From IMG/VR virus record IMGVR_UViG_3300042892_003674: a stretch of 64,000 nucleotides of DNA. The stretch is one strand, 5' to 3'. The translations under genes were made by a program, and so were the position numbers. How positions within the stretch are numbered: position 1 is the first letter of the stretch; the number at the start of each line of letters is the position of its first letter. Below the pieces are notes generated by a model. The model was not told the origin of the DNA and made no database searches. It worked only from the letters and a program-made list of their open reading frames with translations. This document shows, piece by piece, positions 58,189-63,373 of this stretch. The stretch is from a virus. Lineage: Duplodnaviria; Heunggongvirae; Uroviricota; Caudoviricetes.

Positions 58189-58956
58189 TTATATTAAATC
58201 TAAATCTATACCGTGAGTGTCCCACCACCATTCTTTAGATTTATCTTGGTGTTTATCTTTCAATCTTTCCCACTTCAATAAAATTCTTTCCTGCCTTTCG
58301 ACTTCATCATAATAAAATTGATGATCTATTATAATATTTTCTTTATGACATAACCTTAATAATTTCTTTAATATGTAACCTTGTTTATTATTACCCGGTA
58401 CAAAACCACTGTCAATTATCTTTTTAATCGTTTCTACCAACGTTTCTTGTTTCGACTTAGTAGTTTTATTCAAAATCATTTCTAATCGTTCTAAACCAAA
58501 CCCAACGTCAATACAAGTGCCTAATGGATTCACTATGTTTCCAATTTCAATACCATCTTTGTAAAATTCAGTACAATATCCACCTATATCACCATCAGAC
58601 CAAATACACTCTTCGTCAAATCTAACTTCTATATCTGTATAGAATTCTGACCATTCTGGTTTATCTGGATGTATAGTAACATAATCAGGTGTTATACCTA
58701 TTATCTTTAAAAAATCTAACCAATAATTTATTGTTTGTGGTACAGTCCATTCTCTGAAAGAGAAGAACCCTATCATATTGAAATAAAGTAAATGAGTCCC
58801 ATCACCTATTTCATCTATATCATTTAATCTTAAACAAGATTGTATGTTTGATATAGTTCCTTTGTAGTTTAAGTCTTTGAATTTAGACTTGTGTTGTTGC
58901 ATTCCTGCTGGACAGAATAATGTAGTTTCGTCATAAGACCTAACATTATCATCCAT
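58189..58956 (-). CDS. alaS: truncated alanyl-tRNA synthetase (catalytic core only)
   Basis: AGMQQ.K, QSCLR..DIDEIG...H...F.M.G.FSF, IDVGFGLERL; no editing or C-Ala domains. Confidence 0.8.
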   Translation of the reverse strand: MDDNVRSYDETTLFCPAGMQQHKSKFKDLNYKGTISNIQSCLRLNDIDEIGDGTHLLYFNMIGFFSFREWTVPQTINYWLDFLKIIGITPDYVTIHPDKPEWSEFYTDIEVRFDEECIWSDGDIGGYCTEFYKDGIEIGNIVNPLGTCIDVGFGLERLEMILNKTTKSKQETLVETIKKIIDSGFVPGNNKQGYILKKLLRLCHKENIIIDHQFYYDEVERQERILLKWERLKDKHQDKSKEWWWDTHGIDLDLI

Positions 58957-59061
58957 TTTAAATTCTATCTTTTTAACGTCACAGTAAGATTTGTATTCTT
59001 CTGTGACTAAAGTGCGTCCAGCGACTGTTCTTTAGTTTTCATATTTATTTTTTATTTTTAG

Positions 59062-59120
59062 TAGGGATAGAGGGAATCGAACCCCCAAAAATCCTGCTCT
59101 TCCAATTGAGCTATATCCCA
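59062..59120 (-). ncRNA. tRNA-like RNA lacking the anticodon arm
   Basis: Acceptor, D-arm GCTC-AATTGGAA-GAGC, 9-nt linker, T-arm GGGGG-TTCGATT-CCCTC. Confidence 0.7.
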
Positions 59121-59126
59121 AAGTTT

Positions 59127-59348
59127 TTAACAGTCACCATTACAGTACATTCTACGTTCACAATCGTAGTAACCCATTTCACAAGTGAAAACTCTACCTT
59201 TTTGTTTTTTACGACCCCAAGATATTAAAGTTTTATCATGTGACCAAGCTGTCTGTAAGTAACTTTTATCTTTTTCAACTCTTTTCGACTTACGACGAAA
59301 AGCTCTTTCTTGTTTCAATTTTACTTTTTCTTCTTTCGTCATAATCAT
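59127..59348 (-). CDS. small basic Cys-containing protein inside array 4
   Basis: MIMTKEEKVKLKQERAFRRK...CEMGYYDCERRMYCNGDC; start reset. Confidence 0.6.
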   Translation of the reverse strand: MIMTKEEKVKLKQERAFRRKSKRVEKDKSYLQTAWSHDKTLISWGRKKQKGRVFTCEMGYYDCERRMYCNGDC

Positions 59349-59357
59349 AAGTATTAG

Positions 59358-59429
59358 TGGATATGATGGGAGTCGAACCCACAATCATCCGAATTAGACC
59401 AATTCTTGCATTACTCGGTACTCATACCC
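59358..59429 (-). ncRNA. D-armless tRNA-like RNA with G3-U70/A73 alanine identity
   Basis: GGGTATG/CATATCC-A; T-arm GTGGG-TTCGACT-CCCAT; no cloverleaf centre. Confidence 0.65.
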
Positions 59430-59438
59430 AAAATTTTG

Positions 59439-59513
59439 TGGAGCCAGTGGAAATCGAACCCACCACAGTCTGGTTGCAAACCAAACTCGCCTAGCCTTGG
59501 AACATGTGACCCC
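59439..59513 (-). tRNA. tRNA-Ala(UGC)
   Basis: Loop TT-TGC-AA; G3-U70. Confidence 0.8.
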
Positions 59514-59523
59514 AAAATTGTTG

Positions 59524-59597
59524 TGGAGAATACCGGAGTCGAACCGGTGGCCTCTTGCGTGCAAGGCAAGCGCTCTAGCCATCTGAGCTAATCCCCC
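59524..59597 (-). tRNA. tRNA-Ala(UGC)
   Basis: Loop CT-TGC-AC; G3-U70. Confidence 0.93.
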
Positions 59598-59603
59598 AAA
59601 AAT

Positions 59604-59747
59604 AAGATAGAGAAAGTTTATTAAACGTGTTTTTACTGTGCTACCATTACACTATATCCGCATTTTAAATTATTTGTGCGGACAATAGGATTCGAACCTA
59701 TAATAGTCGTTTGAATACGAAGTAACGCTTTATATTACTACTATCTT
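59604..59747 (-). ncRNA. circularly permuted tRNA-like RNA
   Basis: T-arm plus TGTCCGC-A precede GCGGATA plus D-arm; ends pair (AAGATAG/CTATCTT). Confidence 0.75.
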
Positions 59748-59826
59748 TATAATTAAAGTGGTGTATAAAAATTTACATCTAACGTCTTAGATATAGAGAT
59801 TTCTACAACTTAAACCACTTCTACTG

Positions 59827-59898
59827 AGCGAATGACCGGGGTCGAACCGGCGGCCTTCTACTTGGCAAGCAGAAGCTCTACCACTGAGCTACATTCGC
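59827..59898 (-). tRNA. tRNA-Gly(GCC)
   Basis: Loop TT-GCC-AA. Confidence 0.92.
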
Positions 59899-59946
59899 AT
59901 TATTGGAGCCGGACCCTGGGACTAACAGGGAGTCCTCCGGCATGTG

Positions 59947-60019
59947 AGCAAAAGACGAGATTCGAACTCGCGACAACCTGCTTGGAAGGCAGGAGCTCTA
60001 CCAACTGAGCTACTTTTGC
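59947..60019 (-). tRNA. tRNA-Gly(UCC)
   Basis: Loop CT-TCC-AA. Confidence 0.92.
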
Positions 60020-60082
60020 ATGGCATCCCGTTACTCGTGCACGAGCCATGGCATTACGGGACCGATGTTATTCCATATTCTG

Positions 60083-60156
60083 TGCGGGAGAAGGGAATCG
60101 AACCCTCGTCTCTGACTTGGAAGGCCAGCATAATCGAGCCATTATACGACTCCCGC
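60083..60156 (-). tRNA. tRNA-Gly(UCC)
   Basis: Loop CT-TCC-AA; discriminator A. Confidence 0.88.
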
Positions 60157-60162
60157 GATTTG

Positions 60163-60236
60163 TTGGTAAGGTGGGTATCGAACCCACTATCTTTTGTGTA
60201 TAAGACAAATGCTTTTACCGTCTAAGCTACTTACCA
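60163..60236 (-). tRNA. tRNA-Ile(UAU)
   Basis: Stem TTTGT/ACAAA, loop CT-TAT-AC. Confidence 0.85.
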
Positions 60237-60245
60237 ATAATTTAG

Positions 60246-60317
60246 TAGTCCATAGGGGAATCGAACCCCTCTTTCCAGGATGAAAACCTGACGACCTAAC
60301 CGATAGTCGAATGGACC
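60246..60317 (-). tRNA. tRNA-Glu(UUC)
   Basis: Loop TT-TTC-AT. Confidence 0.92.
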
Positions 60318-60325
60318 AAATTTTG

Positions 60326-60399
60326 TACTCTTGACGGGAATCGAACCCGCATTTACATCAGCTTGAGAAGCTGGAGTCCTACCGTTAGACGACAAGAGC
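60326..60399 (-). tRNA. tRNA-Glu(CUC)
   Basis: Loop TT-CTC-AA. Confidence 0.82.
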
Positions 60400-60406
60400 A
60401 TTTTGG

Positions 60407-60474
60407 TGGGATGCGAGAGACTCGAACTCTCCTGCTAGGGTTTTACAGACCCGGCTATCACCATAATCCATCCC
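60407..60474 (-). tRNA. tRNA-Tyr(GUA), compact (short D-arm, no long variable arm)
   Basis: Loop CT-GTA-AA; 68 nt. Confidence 0.7.
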
Positions 60475-60488
60475 GATTATGTTTTTTG

Positions 60489-60561
60489 TAGTGTATGTCG
60501 GATTCGAACCGACGTCCTCCGCTTTGAAAAAGCGTAATCCTTACCGCTAGACGAATACACC
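60489..60561 (-). tRNA. tRNA-Glu(UUC)
   Basis: Loop TT-TTC-AA. Confidence 0.85.
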
Positions 60562-60642
60562 ATATTCTAAAAAGTGACCACGTTAGACTATTTCGGTTGG
60601 TTTTTCAAGTCTTTCGACCCGCACATAGTCACTTTTGTTTTG

Positions 60643-60725
60643 TGGGTAGAGAGGGATTCGAACCCCCGAACTCGAATGAGAACAGATTTACAGTCTGCCA
60701 GCTTTAACCACTTGCATATCTACCC
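60643..60725 (-). tRNA. tRNA-Tyr(GUA)
   Basis: Loop CT-GTA-AA; long variable arm. Confidence 0.92.
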
Positions 60726-60733
60726 GTATTTTG

Positions 60734-60805
60734 TACTAGTGACGGGACTCGAACCCGCATCTTCCGGTTTGAAAAACCAGCTTCCTGCCATTAGAAGACA
60801 CTAGC
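60734..60805 (-). tRNA. tRNA-Glu(UUC)
   Basis: Loop TT-TTC-AA. Confidence 0.85.
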
Positions 60806-60827
60806 ATATTTTTTAATTTTAATCAAT

Positions 60828-60868
60828 AAAAAAACCCAATCTGATTTTTACGTCAGATTGGGTTTTTT
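60828..60868 (-). terminator. attenuator terminator, tRNA array 4
   Basis: AAAAAACCCAATCTGA-CGTAAAAA-TCAGATTGGGTTTTTTT. Confidence 0.9.
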
Positions 60869-60891
60869 GTATAATAATGTTCTTTAACTCA

Positions 60892-60993
60892 TTACTTTAT
60901 ACACATAACGCTTCTGACCGATGGTATTGTATACCCCGCTTCATACCCGCCTATGGCTTCGATAGCTATTGTTATGTTAGTAATTGTTGTCAT
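60892..60993 (-). CDS. leader peptide 4 (MTTITNITIAIEAIGGYEAGYTIPSVRSVMCIK)
   Basis: Residues 9-21 are only I/A/E/G/Y; 5 ATA codons match tRNA-Ile(UAU). Confidence 0.9.
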   Translation of the reverse strand: MTTITNITIAIEAIGGYEAGYTIPSVRSVMCIK

Positions 60994-61031
60994 TTTTTCT
61001 ATTTTTTAAATTGTTGTTTTTAATTCTTCTA

Positions 61032-61039
61032 CAAAGATA
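61032..61039 (-). promoter_or_regulatory. TAtcTTTG promoter box for array 4
   Basis: Matches the Bacteroidota -7 consensus TAnnTTTG. Confidence 0.6.
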
Positions 61040-61088
61040 CGATAAGTTTTTAAACTACCAAATCTTTTTTTAATTTTTTATTCTTTAG

Positions 61089-61161
61089 TAGCGGGAGAAG
61101 GACTCGAACCTCCGACCTTATGGTTATGAGCCACACGAGCTGCCTACTGCTCTATCCCGCG
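61089..61161 (-). tRNA. tRNA-Met(CAU), initiator-like
   Basis: Loop CT-CAT-AA; C1-U72 mismatch; CGCGGGATAGAGCAG 5' end. Confidence 0.85.
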
Positions 61162-61207
61162 ATATATTTTTTGAGACTTGTATCTAAATCGTTACCTATC
61201 TCTTTTG

Positions 61208-61278
61208 TAGCGTATCGTGGATTCGAACCACCCCGTAGACCTTATGAGAGTCTCATGCAACCTTTACACTTTAACGCG
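61208..61278 (-). tRNA. tRNA-Met(CAU), initiator-like, partly degenerate
   Basis: Loop CT-CAT-AA; C1 mismatch; imperfect acceptor stem. Confidence 0.6.
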
Positions 61279-61330
61279 ATATATGTTTATACTTCTATAT
61301 ATTAGAAAAGTTTTCTCTATTTCTCTATTT

Positions 61331-61912
61331 TTAGTAGTTTTTTTCAATTTTTTTAATAATTTCGTCAATTTCTTTCTTAGATTGTTCTAAATCTACGTTT
61401 TTTATTACAAAATCCGCTAATTTGGCTTTATCTTCATCGGACCATTGACTTCTTATTCTTTTAATGACATCTTCTTTGTTAGTATTATCTCGTTTGATAA
61501 CTCTTTCAACTCTGACATCTTCTGGTGCAGTTACTAAAATTGTAAAATCACAATCTTTATAAGCACCACTTTCAAATAAGATAGCCGCTTCTTTAACTAC
61601 AAAAGGTTTATCACATTGTTTTAACCAGTTAGTAAAGTTTTTTCTCACTTTTGGATGAACAATCTCATTTAATTGTTTGAGTTTGTTTTCATTTCCGAAT
61701 ACAAAAGTAGCTAACTTTTTCTTATCTACCAAATTATTTTTTATAATTTCTTCACCGAAGGCATTTCTTATTTCATTTACTACTTCTGGTGTATCAAGTA
61801 ACTTCTTTGCCTCATCATCTGCAATATAAACAGGATAACCTAAAGTTTCAATATACTTTGTGATTGTTGTCTTTCCAGAACCAATCCCTCCTGTTATACC
61901 TATTATTTTCAT
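61331..61912 (-). CDS. coaE: dephospho-CoA kinase
   Basis: IGITGGIGSGKTT, IADDEAK, IVHP, EAAILFE, SQW. Confidence 0.93.
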   Translation of the reverse strand: MKIIGITGGIGSGKTTITKYIETLGYPVYIADDEAKKLLDTPEVVNEIRNAFGEEIIKNNLVDKKKLATFVFGNENKLKQLNEIVHPKVRKNFTNWLKQCDKPFVVKEAAILFESGAYKDCDFTILVTAPEDVRVERVIKRDNTNKEDVIKRIRSQWSDEDKAKLADFVIKNVDLEQSKKEIDEIIKKIEKNY

Positions 61913-61969
61913 AAAACAAATGTAGTGATAATTTTTAATATATAACTTATATAAAATAATTTATTAAAG

Positions 61970-62335
61970 ATGGAAAGACCTCAAGTAAGAATGATTGAAC
62001 CTCAATCAGAAGAAACGGCACCAGCAAACATTCCAAGTTGGGAAGCAGAACAACTACTTCGTAAATACGGACATCAACCAGAACAATTTACAAGTCGTCA
62101 AGTAGATCCACCTCCAACACCACCTGGTTTAACATTTGAGGAAATGATTGCTCAACAAGAAGCAGAAGAAAGAAATAATCAAATGAGAAGACAACAACAA
62201 ATGAATGGACCACAACCAAAAACATTTGATGGTACTAGAGGATATGATTCAGAAGTTAGATATACATCAGATGATGATTCAGGATTTGGTTTCAAGATTG
62301 AGATTACAACTGATATGCAATTACCTAGATATTGA
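61970..62335 (+). CDS. hypothetical protein
   Basis: 121 aa, Q/P-rich. Confidence 0.7.
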   Translation: MERPQVRMIEPQSEETAPANIPSWEAEQLLRKYGHQPEQFTSRQVDPPPTPPGLTFEEMIAQQEAEERNNQMRRQQQMNGPQPKTFDGTRGYDSEVRYTSDDDSGFGFKIEITTDMQLPRY

Positions 62336-62551
62336 ATCTATTTTAAGATCTCTCAATATCCATTCTTGTTTATAAATTTTACAAAACTTTTTTATTTCAG
62401 TAAGAAAGTTTTCTTTGTTCCAAAAAATCCAGGTAGAATCTATGAATTGTAGAATTTCTAAATTTCTTAATTCAGTTGCCATTTCATATTCACCTATTGT
62501 AAAGAAGTGATTCTTATATTCTATTAGTTTTTCTTTGTAGTATTCTTTCAT
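62321..62551 (-). CDS. small protein: UVR-like motif plus C-terminal RDLKI motif
   Basis: GEYEMATELRNLE; ends LRDLKIDSISR. Confidence 0.65.
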   Translation of the reverse strand: MKEYYKEKLIEYKNHFFTIGEYEMATELRNLEILQFIDSTWIFWNKENFLTEIKKFCKIYKQEWILRDLKIDSISR

Positions 62552-62808
62552 TTTAATACTTCGCTTATTTTTAAGTCTCGTAAAGAACTTTTTAGATAAG
62601 ATTTGGAGTCTTCATCTATATTAGTATCTATATATCTTTGTAGTAACATTGAAAGATTTTCAATAGTTGGATTTTGTGATATTTCACCAAATTGACCTTT
62701 AAAGGTGTTCTCGATACTTCTCAATGCACTCGCAGCATCCCATAATTGAAGCTTAACTGCACCACTTTTCATTGTAATTACTAGGTCGATTATTTCTTGT
62801 TTATACAT
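62548..62808 (-). CDS. small protein: UVR-like motif plus C-terminal RDLKI motif
   Basis: KSGAVKLQLWDAASALRSIE; ends LRDLKISEVLK. Confidence 0.65.
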   Translation of the reverse strand: MYKQEIIDLVITMKSGAVKLQLWDAASALRSIENTFKGQFGEISQNPTIENLSMLLQRYIDTNIDEDSKSYLKSSLRDLKISEVLK

Positions 62809-63307
62809 TTAGTATTCTATTTATCTGTGAATCTCTCAATTCTGATTTTGTTTTCTTAAACCATAAAGTTCTTTCGTATGCTTGTCTTAATTGTTTCCAA
62901 TCAGGTTTTGTGTCCCAAATTCCATAAACATACATTACATCATCCCATAGAATTAGACTTTTTAATTCAGATTTATCTTCAGCAACAAGATTAGTGTATA
63001 TCTTACCATTATAATCATATTCATATTCAACTTTATATTCCCAAGTTCTTCTAGTATCAATCCATTCAACTTCTAAAGCTTGGTCTATTATATAAGTATC
63101 TATGAAGAGTCCTAGTTTTGGATAAGTTAAACCATTTTGACCGGCTCCACCAATGACAGACTCATATAAAAAGAAATTACCTGTTTTGATTTTAGTTTGA
63201 TGTAAGTCAAATTTATTATAATGTTCTTTTTCATCTTCTTTATTTTCAAATCTAAATATCTTAGTTTTGTTTTTCTTCTCGTTTATTTGACCTTTTGTTA
63301 TAATCAT
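62801..63307 (-). CDS. hypothetical protein with C-terminal RDSQINRIL motif
   Basis: 168 aa; TAtaTTTG box upstream. Confidence 0.7.
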   Translation of the reverse strand: MIITKGQINEKKNKTKIFRFENKEDEKEHYNKFDLHQTKIKTGNFFLYESVIGGAGQNGLTYPKLGLFIDTYIIDQALEVEWIDTRRTWEYKVEYEYDYNGKIYTNLVAEDKSELKSLILWDDVMYVYGIWDTKPDWKQLRQAYERTLWFKKTKSELRDSQINRILNV

Positions 63308-63373
63308 GTTCTTTCCTTTAATTTACAAATATAAAAAATAATATATAAGATACAAAATATTTTATATAAAATT

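Noticed and set aside
60018-60075. HDV-like/theta ribozyme call
   Set aside because: The pseudoknot order fits only on the non-transcribed strand, and the L3/P1.1 pairing and catalytic C context are not evident. Kept only as an unexplained structure.
30005-61305. ORF-track entries overlapping tRNA genes (30005-30193, 38087-38269, 38216-38473, 39605-39898, 39720-39941, 39769-39993, 59394-59582, 59406-59591, 59944-60225, 60574-60804, 61120-61305)
   Set aside because: These are translations of tRNA sequence (GFEP/DSNP-type artefacts), not proteins.
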